From contig OZ242008.1 in assembly GCA_965204735.1 (NCBI GenBank), positions 1,984,001 to 2,048,000 on the forward strand: DNA of 64,000 nucleotides. The letters run 5' to 3'. Both the position numbers and the translations under genes were made by a program. The notes beneath the pieces were generated by a model that ran no database searches, was not told the origin of the DNA, and saw nothing but the letters and a program-made list of their open reading frames with translations. This DNA is from Longimicrobiales bacterium (GTDB taxonomy: Bacteria > Gemmatimonadota > Gemmatimonadetes > Longimicrobiales > Gaopeijiaceae). Of the stretch, positions 50,658 to 61,112 are shown one piece after another (position 1 is the first letter of the stretch; each line of letters begins with the position of its first letter).

Positions 50658-52478
50658 TCAGTATCCCGCCGCCGTGCCGTCCGAGTCCCTGGGGTCGGGC
50701 ACGCCCACCAGCGCTCCGGACGCTCCGTCCACGAAGATGCAGTGGGCGATCCCCTGCGATCTTCGCCACTCGACGGCGTGCCCCATGGCTTCCAGCGCCG
50801 CCGCCTGCTCGGCGGACATGTAGCCTTCCTCGAGGTAGGCCACGTTCGGCAGCCACTGGTGGTGGAGACGGCGGGCAGCCACCGCCTCCGCGGGCGAGTG
50901 CTCGAAGTCGGCCACGTTCAGCACGATCTGGAGCACCGTGTTGATGATCGTGCGCCCTCCCGGGCTCCCCACGACCGCCACGAGCCGGCCGTCGCGGGCC
51001 AGGATGGTCGGGGTCATCGACGACACCATGCGCTGCTCGGGCCGCGCCAAGTTGGGCTCGGTGCCGATCAGGCCCTGCTCGTTGGTGAGTCCGGGCCGGG
51101 CGTTGAAGTCGCCCATCTCGTTGTTGAGAAGGAACCCCGCGCCGGGCACGGTGATGAACGAACCGTACCCGCCCTCCAGGGTGTAGGTGACCGAAACGGC
51201 CATTCCCTCGCCGTCCACCACCGAGTAGTGGGTCGTCTCCATGCTTTCGGGCGCCGTGGCGGCCGCAGAGACGTCCTCGGGACTCGACGCCCCCGCCGTT
51301 CCCGCCTCCACCCCCGCCCGGAGCTCGGCGGCGTACTCCTTGCTCGTCAGGCGGTCCACCGGCACGTCGGCGAAGTCCGGATCGGCCAAGTACGTCGCCC
51401 GGTCGCGGAACGCCCGCCGCATCGACTCCACCAAGTGGTGCGCGAACTCGGGGCTGTTGTGGCCCATCGACGCCAGATCCCATCCCTCCAGCACGTTGAG
51501 CATCTCCACCAGAGCCGTGCCCCCGGAGGACGGAGGCGGCATGCTGATCACGTCCAAGCCGCGGTAGGCGCCCGTCACGGGCGCGCGCTCCTGCGCCTCG
51601 TATCGCGCCAAGTCCTCTTCGGTGATCGCTCCGCCGCCCCGCTCCATCTCTTCGGCGAGGAGCCGGGCCGTGGTTCCGGCGTAGAAGCCGTCTCGGCCCT
51701 GGTCGCGGATCCGCTCCAAGGTGGCGCCCAGATCGGCCTGCACCAGCGTGTCCCCGGGCTCGTACGGCGAGCCGTCCTTGGAGAACTGGGCGTGGGTGGC
51801 CGGGTACCGCTCGAAGCGGGGCAGCATGCGCTCGAGCGACGCGGCCAGGCGCTCGCTCACCACGAAGCCGTCCCGGGCCAGCTCGGCGGCCGGCTCGACC
51901 AGGTCGCGCCACTCCGCCGAGCCGTAGCTCTCGTGGGCCAGCGCGAACCCCGCCACCGTGCCCGGCACGCCCACGGCCAAGTGGCTGTAGTGGTGGATCT
52001 CCGACGAGTACTCGCCGTTCTCGTCCAGGAACATCTCGGGGTGAGCCGTCAGGGGCGCCTTCTCCCGGAAGTCGAAGGTCGTGGCGCGCCCGTCGGGGAA
52101 GCGGATCACCATGAAGCCGCCGCCGCCGATGTTGCCCGCCGTCGGGTGAGTCGCCGCCAGTGCGAAGCCGGTGGCGACCGCCGCGTCCACCGCGTTGCCG
52201 CCGTTGCGCAGCACCTCGGCGCCGATCTCGCTCGCGTCGGGGTACGCCGACACCACCATCCCGTTCTGGGCCTCCACCACGGCCTGGGCGGAGTTGTCTT
52301 CTTGGGCGGGCGGCGCCGCAGGGACGCAGCCGCCGAAGAGGGCCGGCGCCAGGACGGCGAGGACGGGAACGGCGGCGGACCGGAGACCGGCCCAGCGCCG
52401 GCCGGCGGGAGCCGGCGCGCGACGCCGCGAGGGGACGAGGGAGGTCGCGAGGGCGATCTGAAGCAGTGTCGGGGTCAA
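50658..52478 (-). CDS. ggt: Gamma-glutamyltransferase (lipoprotein)
   Basis: GNIGGGGF, DFRE, ETTHYS, NNEMGDF, SSMTPT, GSPGG; TTG 52478 preceded by AGGAG; FGG-C lipobox. Confidence 0.92.
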   Translation of the reverse strand: MTPTLLQIALATSLVPSRRRAPAPAGRRWAGLRSAAVPVLAVLAPALFGGCVPAAPPAQEDNSAQAVVEAQNGMVVSAYPDASEIGAEVLRNGGNAVDAAVATGFALAATHPTAGNIGGGGFMVIRFPDGRATTFDFREKAPLTAHPEMFLDENGEYSSEIHHYSHLAVGVPGTVAGFALAHESYGSAEWRDLVEPAAELARDGFVVSERLAASLERMLPRFERYPATHAQFSKDGSPYEPGDTLVQADLGATLERIRDQGRDGFYAGTTARLLAEEMERGGGAITEEDLARYEAQERAPVTGAYRGLDVISMPPPSSGGTALVEMLNVLEGWDLASMGHNSPEFAHHLVESMRRAFRDRATYLADPDFADVPVDRLTSKEYAAELRAGVEAGTAGASSPEDVSAAATAPESMETTHYSVVDGEGMAVSVTYTLEGGYGSFITVPGAGFLLNNEMGDFNARPGLTNEQGLIGTEPNLARPEQRMVSSMTPTILARDGRLVAVVGSPGGRTIINTVLQIVLNVADFEHSPAEAVAARRLHHQWLPNVAYLEEGYMSAEQAAALEAMGHAVEWRRSQGIAHCIFVDGASGALVGVPDPRDSDGTAAGY

Positions 52479-52482
52479 CGTT

Positions 52483-55400
52483 TCAGCTCCTTGTGGAGGC
52501 AACGACTGGGGATCCCTTCTCGGCAACCGGGGCCAAGCGGGGCGGCACGGCGGAGGGGAAGCCGATCTCCCCCAAGCTCGGCGGCGGCTTCACGTAGTGC
52601 CCGCGGAAGTGCACGACCAAGTCGTCCACCAAGCTGTACAGCACCGGCACCAGGACCAGGGTCAGGAACGTCGCGAAGACGATCCCGACGATCACCGCCA
52701 CTGCCATCGGGCCCCACCACGCGGCCTGCTCTCCACCCCAGTAGAACTCGGGCGCGAGGCTGGAGAAGAGACCGAAGAAGTCCAAGTTGAGGCCGATGGC
52801 CAGGGGAATCAAGCCCAGCGCCGTGGTGCAGGCCGTGAGAAGCACGGGCCGCAACCGGGTCTTGCCCCCCTGCACCAGCGCTTCCCGCCGGCCCATGCCG
52901 TCGCGCTTGCGCAGGAGGTCGATGTAGTCGATGAGCACGATGGCGTTGTTGACCACGATCCCGGCCAACGATATGACGCCCACCCCCGTCATGATGATCA
53001 CGAACGGCATCCGGAAGACCAGAAGCCCGACCAGAACGCCCACCGTGGACATGATCACCGACGAGAGGATGATCAGCGGCTTGACTACGGAGTTGAACTG
53101 CGAGACCAGGATCAGCGCGATCAGCATGAGCGCCGCCATGAAGGCGGTGAAGAGGAACGACATCGCCTCCTGCTGGTCTTCCTGCTCGCCCGTGAAGCGC
53201 ATGGAGTAGCCCAGCGGCAGCTCCTCGGAGAACCCGGCCAGCACCGTCTCCACCTGGGCCCGGACGGCGTTGCTGTTGAACCCTGCCGCGACTTCCGCGC
53301 TGATCGTCGCCACTCGGTCCATGTCCTTCCGCCTGATCGACCCGTAGCCCTGGTCCACGGCCCAATCCGCCACCGACAGGAGCGGCACCTGCTGTCCGTC
53401 CGAGAACACCGAAAGGTCGCCCAGGGCGGCCAAGTCGTCCCGGTCCTCCTGCCTCAGACGCACAATGATGTCGTACTCGTCGTTGCCCGTCCGGTACTTC
53501 GCCGCCTCGATCCCGTTGATGGCGCCCCGCACCGCGAACCCCACCTCGTTGGTGGAGAGGCCGTAGAGCCCGGCCTTCTCCCGGTCCACCGCCACGCGCA
53601 GCTCGGGCCGCGCGTCGTTCATGTCGCTCTCCAGCCCCACCAAGCGCCCGTAGACCGGGGAGGCCTCGATGACGCCGATCGCCAGGTCCGCCAGCCCTCG
53701 CAGCCGTTCCGGGTCCTCTCCCACGATCTCGATGTTCACCGGGGGTCCGCCGGGCGGTCCCTCGGTGACCTTGTCGACCTGCACTTCGGCGCCCGCCAAG
53801 TCGATTCCCACCCTTTCCTGCATCTCCTGCAGGGTGGCGAAGGGGTCGAACTGCTGTGCCCGGTACTCCACAAGGCTCAGGGTAATTCGTCCAGCCTCTG
53901 GACCCGACGGTCCGCCCCCTTCCATGAAGTTGCCCCCGCCGGTGGAGCCCACCGTGGTCACGACGGACTCGACGTCGTCGATGCCGGCGATCCCCGCCAG
54001 CTCGGCCTTGAGACGCGAGGCGTAGCCGTTGGTCACTCGCGCCGACGTGCCCACCGGCGCCTCGATGGCCACGAACATGGTGCCCGGCGGAATGTCCTCG
54101 GGGAAGTACTCGACCGGGGGCGCAAGCAGGAGGTAGGCCGCAATCGAGCCCCCCAGGGCCAGCGCCGAGATGAGCAGGATGACGAAACGGTGGGCCAGCG
54201 ACCACTTCAAGCGTCGTTCGTACCACGCCACGAACCGAGGCATCCCGCCGGCCATGAACGCCTTTCCCATTCGGTCCAGGACCTTGGCGTGAACGAGCCA
54301 GAGCCCTCCCCCCGCGACTCCGAAGAGGAGCGCCGTCAAGGGGTTGACGAGGGCGACCACCAGAAGGAAGAGCCCCGCGACGATCAGCAGGCCCAGGCGC
54401 GCGCGCCGCCTCATGGGCCGACGGGGGGCGTTCTCCGGCCTGATGAAGATGGAACAGAGGGTGGGGACGATGACCAGCGCCACGAAGAGGGAGCTGGACA
54501 GCGTGACGATCAGCGTCATGGGCAGGTACTTCATGAACTCGCCCGCCATGCCCGGCCAGAAGAGCAAGGGCGCGAAGGCCGCGAGCGTGGTGGCGGTGGC
54601 GGCGATCACCGGCGCCGCCACTTCGCCGGTGGCCTTCTTGGATGCCGTCTTTCTGTCCCAGCCCTCTTCCACGAAGCGGTAGATGTTCTCCACGACGACG
54701 ATGGCGTTGTCCACCAGCATCCCCAGGGCGAGGATGAGGGAGAAGAGCACCACCATGTTCATGGAGACGCCCATCAAGCCGAGGACCACGAAGGAGAGGA
54801 ACATCGACGTGGGGATCGACACCGCCACGAACACCGACGTGCGAAGGCCCAGCACGAAGAGCAGGACGCCCACGATCAGCACGAGCCCGGAGATGATGTT
54901 GTTCTGCAGGCTCATGACCATCTCCTCGATGTCCTCCGACTGGTCGGAGGTGATCGAGACCTCGGTGGACGGAGGGAAGAGAGGCCGCATGGCGTCGACT
55001 TCGGCTCGAACCGCCTCGGCGGTGGCGATGATGTTCTCGCCGGAGCGCTTCACCACGTCCAGCGTCACCACCGGCTTGTCCCCCAGGCGAGCGTAGGTCT
55101 CGCGCTCGGCAAAGCCGAACTCCACGTCCGCCACGTCGCGGACGTAGACGGGGCGCCCGCCCACGGTCTTCACCACCAAGTCCCGGATCAGCGTCGGGTC
55201 CTGGAACTCGCCGTCCACCCGCACCAAGTACTTCAGGCCGTTCACGTCGATGGAGCCGCCGGGCACGTTGACGTTCTCCAAGCGGATGGCGTCCAGGACG
55301 TCGTTGAACGACACGTTGTAGTACTTGAGCTTGGCCAAGTCGACGTCGACCTGCACTTCCCGTTCCAGCCCGCCGCGGAGCGCCACCCTAAGCACGGCCG

Positions 55401-55926
55401 GGATCGACTCGATCCGCTCCTGCAGGTCCTCTCCCAGCTCCTTCAGCCGGACCAGGCCGTAGCCTCCGGCCAAGTTCACCTGCATGACCGGGATCTCCGC
55501 CGCGGAGAACTCCATGATCGACGGGTCCTCGGCGTCGGCGGGCAGCTCGGGCCGCGCCAAGTCCACCTTCTCCCGAACCTTCTGCAGGGCCTCGTCCATG
55601 TTCACGTCGGACTCGAACTCGGCCACGACGGAGGAGTAGCCCTCGACGGAGGTGGAGGCGAGCTCCTTGATGTCGGAGATCGAGCTCAGCTCCTCTTCGA
55701 TCTTCCGGGTCACCAAGCTCTCCACGTCGGCCGGAGAGACGCCGGGGTAGATGGTGTTGATCGCGATGTTGGGGATCTCCACCTCGGGAAAGGACTCCTT
55801 GGGGATCGCCCGGTAGAAGAGCAGTCCGGCCACGGTGACGAAGAGAAAGAGCACGATCACCGACGTGGAGTGGTCCACCGCCAGGGAAGTGAGGCGGAAC
55901 TCCTTGAAGCTCCTTTCTTCGCTCAA
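52483..55926 (-). CDS. RND efflux permease (AcrB family)
   Basis: GMLVDNAIVVVENI, TRLRPVLLT; TTG overlaps the MFP stop. Confidence 0.93.
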   Translation of the reverse strand: MSEERSFKEFRLTSLAVDHSTSVIVLFLFVTVAGLLFYRAIPKESFPEVEIPNIAINTIYPGVSPADVESLVTRKIEEELSSISDIKELASTSVEGYSSVVAEFESDVNMDEALQKVREKVDLARPELPADAEDPSIMEFSAAEIPVMQVNLAGGYGLVRLKELGEDLQERIESIPAVLRVALRGGLEREVQVDVDLAKLKYYNVSFNDVLDAIRLENVNVPGGSIDVNGLKYLVRVDGEFQDPTLIRDLVVKTVGGRPVYVRDVADVEFGFAERETYARLGDKPVVTLDVVKRSGENIIATAEAVRAEVDAMRPLFPPSTEVSITSDQSEDIEEMVMSLQNNIISGLVLIVGVLLFVLGLRTSVFVAVSIPTSMFLSFVVLGLMGVSMNMVVLFSLILALGMLVDNAIVVVENIYRFVEEGWDRKTASKKATGEVAAPVIAATATTLAAFAPLLFWPGMAGEFMKYLPMTLIVTLSSSLFVALVIVPTLCSIFIRPENAPRRPMRRRARLGLLIVAGLFLLVVALVNPLTALLFGVAGGGLWLVHAKVLDRMGKAFMAGGMPRFVAWYERRLKWSLAHRFVILLISALALGGSIAAYLLLAPPVEYFPEDIPPGTMFVAIEAPVGTSARVTNGYASRLKAELAGIAGIDDVESVVTTVGSTGGGNFMEGGGPSGPEAGRITLSLVEYRAQQFDPFATLQEMQERVGIDLAGAEVQVDKVTEGPPGGPPVNIEIVGEDPERLRGLADLAIGVIEASPVYGRLVGLESDMNDARPELRVAVDREKAGLYGLSTNEVGFAVRGAINGIEAAKYRTGNDEYDIIVRLRQEDRDDLAALGDLSVFSDGQQVPLLSVADWAVDQGYGSIRRKDMDRVATISAEVAAGFNSNAVRAQVETVLAGFSEELPLGYSMRFTGEQEDQQEAMSFLFTAFMAALMLIALILVSQFNSVVKPLIILSSVIMSTVGVLVGLLVFRMPFVIIMTGVGVISLAGIVVNNAIVLIDYIDLLRKRDGMGRREALVQGGKTRLRPVLLTACTTALGLIPLAIGLNLDFFGLFSSLAPEFYWGGEQAAWWGPMAVAVIVGIVFATFLTLVLVPVLYSLVDDLVVHFRGHYVKPPPSLGEIGFPSAVPPRLAPVAEKGSPVVASTRS

Positions 55927-57092
55927 CGTCGGTCCCCCCCTCCGGCCCCGGCCACGACCCGCACTCGGTCGCCCGCGGTCAAGCCCTGCTGGCCCACCAC
56001 CACCAGCCGCTCGCCCGAGTCGAGCCCGGAACCGACCACGGCCTCGTTCCCCTGCCCCGCCAAGACCTGCACCGGGCGGGCCGCGGCCACGGCGCCTTCG
56101 CCCGATCCCTCCACCACGAAGACCACGTACCCTTCCTCCATCGACACCAGCGCCTGCTGCGGCACCACGATCGCCCCTTCGATCTCCTGGCGCACGACGG
56201 TGATCTCCGCGATCATCTCGGGCTTGATTCGGCGTCCCGGGTTCGGGAGGACGAGCTCTACGGAGAAAGTGCGGTTCTCCGGGTCCACCGTGGCACCCAC
56301 GTAGGTGATCCGTCCCTCGAAGGACTCGCCGCCCAGCACGTCGAACTCGACCGAGGCCGACGTCCCGTCCACCACGTCCAGGGCGAAGCGTTCGGGCACG
56401 CCGGCGGTGATCTTGATCGAGTCCACCTGCACGATCCGGGCCACGGGAGCGCCGGGGACGACCGCCGCGCCCAGCTCCACCAGGCGCTCGTCCAAGATGC
56501 CGGCCACGGGCGCCCTCACCACGGTCCGGTTGAGTCGCTCCCGAAGCGCCTCCAAGCTGGCATGGGCCTGCGCCGCCGAGTACTTGGCCTCCAGGTAGAT
56601 CATCTCGGAGCCGACTTCGTCCTCTTCGTAGAGCTTCCTTCGCCGGTCCCACACTTCCTGGGCCATGGCCGCCTGGGCCGAGGCGTTGCGCACCTGGGCC
56701 GCGAGGATGGCGTCGTCCAGCTGCACGATGGCTTCGCCTCGGCGCACCTCCCGTCCCTGGTCGCGGACGATCCGGCGCACCACTCCGGCCTCTTCCGCCG
56801 ACACGACCACGTCCCGCATGGCCTGCGCCACGCCGGTCAGCCGCACGGTTCGGACGAACTGCCGGGACCGCACCTCCTCCACCTCCACGTTGACCACCCG
56901 GACAAGGGCCTGCACGCCGTCGTCCGCCGAAGACGCGCCCGCCTGCCCGTCTCCGCCGCAAGCCGCGAGCCCCGCAGCCGCCGCCAAGAGGAGCGCGAGG
57001 GCGCTCCGGGCGTCCGTGCCAGTCGGCGCCCGCGACCCCGCCCCAAGAGCTTCTGTGTTCACCCGGTCGTTCCCGTCGTCTGTTGTCGTCAT
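55923..57092 (-). CDS. RND periplasmic adaptor (MFP), lipoprotein
   Basis: LAA-C lipobox, VRAPVAG, VDPENRT, VPQQAL. Confidence 0.92.
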   Translation of the reverse strand: MTTTDDGNDRVNTEALGAGSRAPTGTDARSALALLLAAAAGLAACGGDGQAGASSADDGVQALVRVVNVEVEEVRSRQFVRTVRLTGVAQAMRDVVVSAEEAGVVRRIVRDQGREVRRGEAIVQLDDAILAAQVRNASAQAAMAQEVWDRRRKLYEEDEVGSEMIYLEAKYSAAQAHASLEALRERLNRTVVRAPVAGILDERLVELGAAVVPGAPVARIVQVDSIKITAGVPERFALDVVDGTSASVEFDVLGGESFEGRITYVGATVDPENRTFSVELVLPNPGRRIKPEMIAEITVVRQEIEGAIVVPQQALVSMEEGYVVFVVEGSGEGAVAAARPVQVLAGQGNEAVVGSGLDSGERLVVVGQQGLTAGDRVRVVAGAGGGDRR

Positions 57093-58651
57093 TGCGAGCC
57101 GGCCCGGCCCGGCCCGGCCACGTCCACCATCGGCACCTGTCCCGACGCCTGGTCGAGGCGAGCCCGCGCGGCCAAGTAGTCGTACACCGCCTCGGCGTAG
57201 TTGAACTCGCTCTGGCGAAGCGCCACCTCCGCGTCCGTCCGCTCCAGCTGGCTGCTCACGCCCTCGGCGTACTGCGCCGTCACGATCTCGTAGCCGCGAC
57301 GGGCCTGGGACACGGCCTTCCGCTGTCCGGCCGCCCTCTCCCGGGCCTCGCGCACCTGATCCACCAAGTTGCGCAGCTCGACCTCCGCCCGGTCTCGCGC
57401 GACCCGGGTCTGGATCTCGGCTTGGCGAAGGGCGGCCCGGCGCTGGCCGATCCGAGCGTTCCGGCTGAGCCCCGAGAATATGGGAACGCTCACGCGCAGG
57501 CCGATCTGCTTGGTGGAGCCGCGCTGCATGCTGGACCCGAAGAAGTCCGGCGACCCGTTCTGCTGGGCCGCCAGGCCGTAGGTGCCGAACGCCGTGACGG
57601 TGGGCAGGTACCCCGCCTGCTCGATCCGGAGCTCCGCCGTTCTAAGGTCCTCCGTAAGCTGGAGCTGACGCAGGTCGGACCGATAGGCGGACGCGCCCGG
57701 CGTCCGTGCCAAGGCGAGAGCTTCGTCCGCCGCCCAGCCGCCGTCCTCCGGCACGCCCGCGAAGGTCAGGATGTCCTGATTGGCCGGGGAGTTGCGGCCG
57801 ATCTCGTCCAGGTCGATCTCGGCCAAGTCGCCCGCCACCGTGAGCGACGACTCGGGATCCAGGTCGAGTTCGGCGGCCAAGGCCCGCCGCGCCGACACGA
57901 GCCGGTTCTCCGCGCGTCCCAGGGTCGGCTCCAGGTTCGCCAGCTCCACCTCGAGGCGCAGCACGTCGTAGGCCGCCGCCAGCCCCGCCGCCTCCATCGC
58001 GCTGGTCTCCTCCAGCGAGTGGCGCACCCGCTGCAGGGAGTTCTGCGTGAGGCGCACGTCCTCCTGCGCCAGGAGCATGTCGTAGAAGGCGATCCGCACT
58101 CGCGTCACGACCTCCTGCGTTCGGCCCCGCAGAGCCTCCTGCTGCAGTCCCCGGTACCGCCCGGCGGCTCCCAAGCCCGCGAAGACGCCGGGCGCCAGCA
58201 GGGACTGCTCCGCCTCGACGGAGAGGTTCCAGAGGTTGTCGGCCCCGAACTGGACCGGGATGAAATCGCCCTCCGAGGCGCTGGGGTCGAAGATCTGGGC
58301 CGGCAGGAAGCTGACCTGGGGCGCCACGTTCCGGGTGAAGGAGCTGGAGAAGTCGACGCTCGGGTAGAACGCGCTCCACGCCTCGGCGACTTGGCTTCGG
58401 GCGAGCGCGACCTGGTAGCCCGCGTCCAAGATGTCCCGGTTGCGCTCCAGCGCCACCGCCACCACGCGGCTGAGGGTCGCGGGGTCGTCCGCCAACCCCA
58501 GGTCGGAAGCGGTTCTGGCTTGCCGGCCCGATCCTTGGGCGCTCCCCGCCGAAGCGCCCGACGGCTCGGCCGCCGCAACCGTCGTCAAGACGGCGACGGC
58601 TGCAGCCGACAAGAGCTGCCTGGCCCGACCGCCTCCTCCATGTCCACCCAT
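57089..58651 (-). CDS. TolC family outer membrane efflux protein
   Basis: Two OEP repeats (SAFYP, AGYLP, VPIFSG); directly upstream of the MFP and RND genes. Confidence 0.9.
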   Translation of the reverse strand: MGGHGGGGRARQLLSAAAVAVLTTVAAAEPSGASAGSAQGSGRQARTASDLGLADDPATLSRVVAVALERNRDILDAGYQVALARSQVAEAWSAFYPSVDFSSSFTRNVAPQVSFLPAQIFDPSASEGDFIPVQFGADNLWNLSVEAEQSLLAPGVFAGLGAAGRYRGLQQEALRGRTQEVVTRVRIAFYDMLLAQEDVRLTQNSLQRVRHSLEETSAMEAAGLAAAYDVLRLEVELANLEPTLGRAENRLVSARRALAAELDLDPESSLTVAGDLAEIDLDEIGRNSPANQDILTFAGVPEDGGWAADEALALARTPGASAYRSDLRQLQLTEDLRTAELRIEQAGYLPTVTAFGTYGLAAQQNGSPDFFGSSMQRGSTKQIGLRVSVPIFSGLSRNARIGQRRAALRQAEIQTRVARDRAEVELRNLVDQVREARERAAGQRKAVSQARRGYEIVTAQYAEGVSSQLERTDAEVALRQSEFNYAEAVYDYLAARARLDQASGQVPMVDVAGPGRAGSQ

Positions 58652-58852
58652 TGCGCTTCCGTCCGTGCGGGTAATCGTCGGCTGCAGAGGCCAAATCTAA
58701 GGGATAACCGAAACAGACCAAGACGGCCGCTCCGGCGAATCGACCGCCGGCGCGGATCGACCCGACGCCGGGCGGCCTGGAGCACCGTCGCAAGCCGGCG
58801 CGGACGTGCCGCACTTGGCGACACGCTCTGGAGCGCCGTCGCAGGGGCCCGG

Positions 58853-58882
58853 TTGACGCCGGAGCCCCGCGTCGTGTACCTT
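58853..58882 (+). promoter_or_regulatory. Putative sigma70 promoter for csp
   Basis: TTGACG-18 nt-TACCTT, about 110 nt upstream of ATG 58996. Confidence 0.5.
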
Positions 58883-58995
58883 TCAGCATCGGCGTTGCCC
58901 ACAGAACCGGGCACGAGGCCCGGATAGCGCCGAAACGGCCTTCCGCAAGGCACTTTACGGAAGCCGTGCAACATGTAGAGCGAAGGAGCAAGAGG

Positions 58996-59217
58996 ATGCG
59001 GACCACGGGAACCGTGAAGTGGTTCAACGACGCGAAGGGCTTCGGGTTCATCAGCCCGGAGGCTGGAGAGAGGGACTGTTTCGTCCACTACTCGGCCATC
59101 GCCGGAGACGGATTCCGGAGCCTGGCCGAGGGCGAACGCGTCGAGTTCGATCTCGTCAACGGCCCGAAGGGACCGGCAGCGGAAAACGTGATCCGCGTCG
59201 AGGCGGCGATGGCCTAG
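58996..59217 (+). CDS. csp: Cold-shock protein
   Basis: [36 protein letters not shown] upstream. Confidence 0.95.
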   Translation: MRTTGTVKWFNDAKGFGFISPEAGERDCFVHYSAIAGDGFRSLAEGERVEFDLVNGPKGPAAENVIRVEAAMA

Positions 59218-59279
59218 CCCCGCCCTGGCGGCCGCCCGCTGCTCCTGCAAGAGCCGGGCTTCCGCCAAGTCGCGGCTCG

Positions 59280-59320
59280 ACGGCCGGCGGGTTCCCCCAC
59301 CCGCCGGCCGTTGTTGCGTT
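59280..59320 (+). terminator. Intrinsic terminator after csp
   Basis: 13-bp perfect stem ACGGCCGGCGGGT/ACCCGCCGGCCGT with a 6-nt loop, followed by TGTTGCGTT. Confidence 0.7.
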
Positions 59321-59434
59321 CAGCCGCCCGTCGGCGATCGCGACGCCAAGCCGCGACGGGTCCCCAAGCGTTCGTGGGGGGTGTCGGCGTCGGTCGGGCC
59401 GCGACGCGTCCAAGTCGCGACGGGTCCAAGCCTC

Positions 59435-59935
59435 CTAGGGCGCCTTGAAGAAGGCCGCCTGCCAGCGCTCCGAGGCCGGTCCCTCCCAGCGGCCCCCGCG
59501 AAGCTCCGCAAGCCCGGTGATGGAGTTGTCGAACACGATGGAGGCGGCCGTGGCTCCTCCCGCCCGGGCCAATCGCCGGAACTCCGGTCGGGACGCCCCT
59601 CGAACCCTGCCGGCGTCGTCCCGGTACCAAACCGTCTCGTTTCCCAGGAAGCGCACGCCGAACTCCCCCTCGGCGGCCCGAAGCGCCCGGGTCAAGTCGT
59701 CGACCGAGCAGCCGCTGGGCGGCGCGGCCTCCTGGTCCACGCCTACGATCAGAAACCTGTCGTAGCGCCACTCCCGCGCCGCTCGCAACGGCGTCCCGTG
59801 GGCCGTCCAGCGATCCAGGAAGCGGTCCACTGCCGCCAGCAGGCGGGCGGCTTCCGCTCCTCCGATCTCGCGTTCCGCCCCGAAGATCCATATCCGGGCG
59901 CTCCCGGGCAGGCGATCGAGGCCCGAGAGCCTCAC
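59435..59935 (-). CDS. Hypothetical protein (WxAHG / SGCSxD motifs)
   Basis: RIWIF, WTAHGTPL, PSGCSVDDL, VFDNSI; GTG overlaps the upstream stop. Confidence 0.75.
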   Translation of the reverse strand: MRLSGLDRLPGSARIWIFGAEREIGGAEAARLLAAVDRFLDRWTAHGTPLRAAREWRYDRFLIVGVDQEAAPPSGCSVDDLTRALRAAEGEFGVRFLGNETVWYRDDAGRVRGASRPEFRRLARAGGATAASIVFDNSITGLAELRGGRWEGPASERWQAAFFKAP

Positions 59936-61095
59936 GTCGGCTTCGGGACGGCGTCTCCCGGCGTCGCGGCTTGCTCCCCTGCCGCCGCCCGGGCGTCCGT
60001 CGACGCGTCCGGGGGAGGGTTCTTGTCCAGCAGCACGGCCACCCACTTCAGGTCCCGGGTGTTTTCGGCCATGATCTTCGCGATCATCGTCAGGGGAACC
60101 GAGAGGAGGGCGCCGACCGGTCCCCACAGCCATCCCCAGAAGACCAGGGAGAGCACGACCACGAGAGTGGAGAGGCCCAGGCGCCTTCCCAGCAGGGTGG
60201 GCTCGAGCCAGTTGCCGAACACCACGTTCACCGTCAAGTAGCCCAGCCCCACGACGACGGCGCGCTGCACGTCGAAGCCGGCGATCGCCGAGCCCGCGAC
60301 GTCGAAGTCCACGAGCGCCACCACCAGCGCCGGCACCGAAGCGATCACCGAGCCTATCGTGGGCACGTAATTGAGGACGAAGGCGATCAGCCCCAGCAGC
60401 AGCGGCGAGTCCAGGCCCATCGCCCATGTCCACAGGCCCAGCACCAAGCCTGTGGCCAAGCTCACCAGCGTCTTGATGACCAAGTAGCCCTGAACCTCGT
60501 CCACGATCTTGCCCAGGCGCTCGTCGGAGGCCAGCCGATCGCCGGCCACCGCCCGCAGCTTGGCCGGGAAGACGGCGGCTTCGCCGAGGGCGAAGGCGAG
60601 GATGAGGAAGACCAGGAAGGTCGTGGTGACGAAGGACAGCGCTCTCGTGAACGTGCCTCCCGCCACGGCCAGGAGGGAGTCGTTGAGGACGCCCAGCACG
60701 CTGGTCCGGACGTTGTCCACGGCCGGTTGCAGCTCCCCCGGAAGCCACTGCTGGATCAGCCGCAGGAACGAGTTCTCGACTTGGCTGAAAAGGGCCCGTC
60801 CGTAGGCGGGGCCGAGGGCTTGGAGCTCCGCCAGCTGCTGGCTGGCCAGAAGGATCACCAAGCCGAAGACGGAAGCGACCGCCAGCACCGTGAGGGGAAT
60901 CCCCAGGTAGGTCGGAATTCTCCTCTTGCTCAGCCAGAACACGACGGGAAGGCTGATGATCGCCAGGAACGCGGCGACCGCGAAAGGCATCACGATCGGC
61001 TGGGCCAAGCGCAGCCCGTAGACCAGCACCACCATCACCGCAAGGGTGAAGAGGAGACGGAGGCCCGGAGCCTCTCCAAGCTGGCTGAAGGGCAT
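59932..61095 (-). CDS. AI-2E family transporter
   Basis: LNYVPTIGS, GNWLEP, FWGWLWGPVGALLSVPLT. Confidence 0.9.
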   Translation of the reverse strand: MPFSQLGEAPGLRLLFTLAVMVVLVYGLRLAQPIVMPFAVAAFLAIISLPVVFWLSKRRIPTYLGIPLTVLAVASVFGLVILLASQQLAELQALGPAYGRALFSQVENSFLRLIQQWLPGELQPAVDNVRTSVLGVLNDSLLAVAGGTFTRALSFVTTTFLVFLILAFALGEAAVFPAKLRAVAGDRLASDERLGKIVDEVQGYLVIKTLVSLATGLVLGLWTWAMGLDSPLLLGLIAFVLNYVPTIGSVIASVPALVVALVDFDVAGSAIAGFDVQRAVVVGLGYLTVNVVFGNWLEPTLLGRRLGLSTLVVVLSLVFWGWLWGPVGALLSVPLTMIAKIMAENTRDLKWVAVLLDKNPPPDASTDARAAAGEQAATPGDAVPKPT

Positions 61096-61112
61096 TTGCG
61101 GCGCTCTCCCGG

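Noticed and set aside
52483..58651. TolC-MFP-RND as a novel system
   Set aside because: An ordinary tripartite efflux operon; its substrate cannot be inferred from the sequence.
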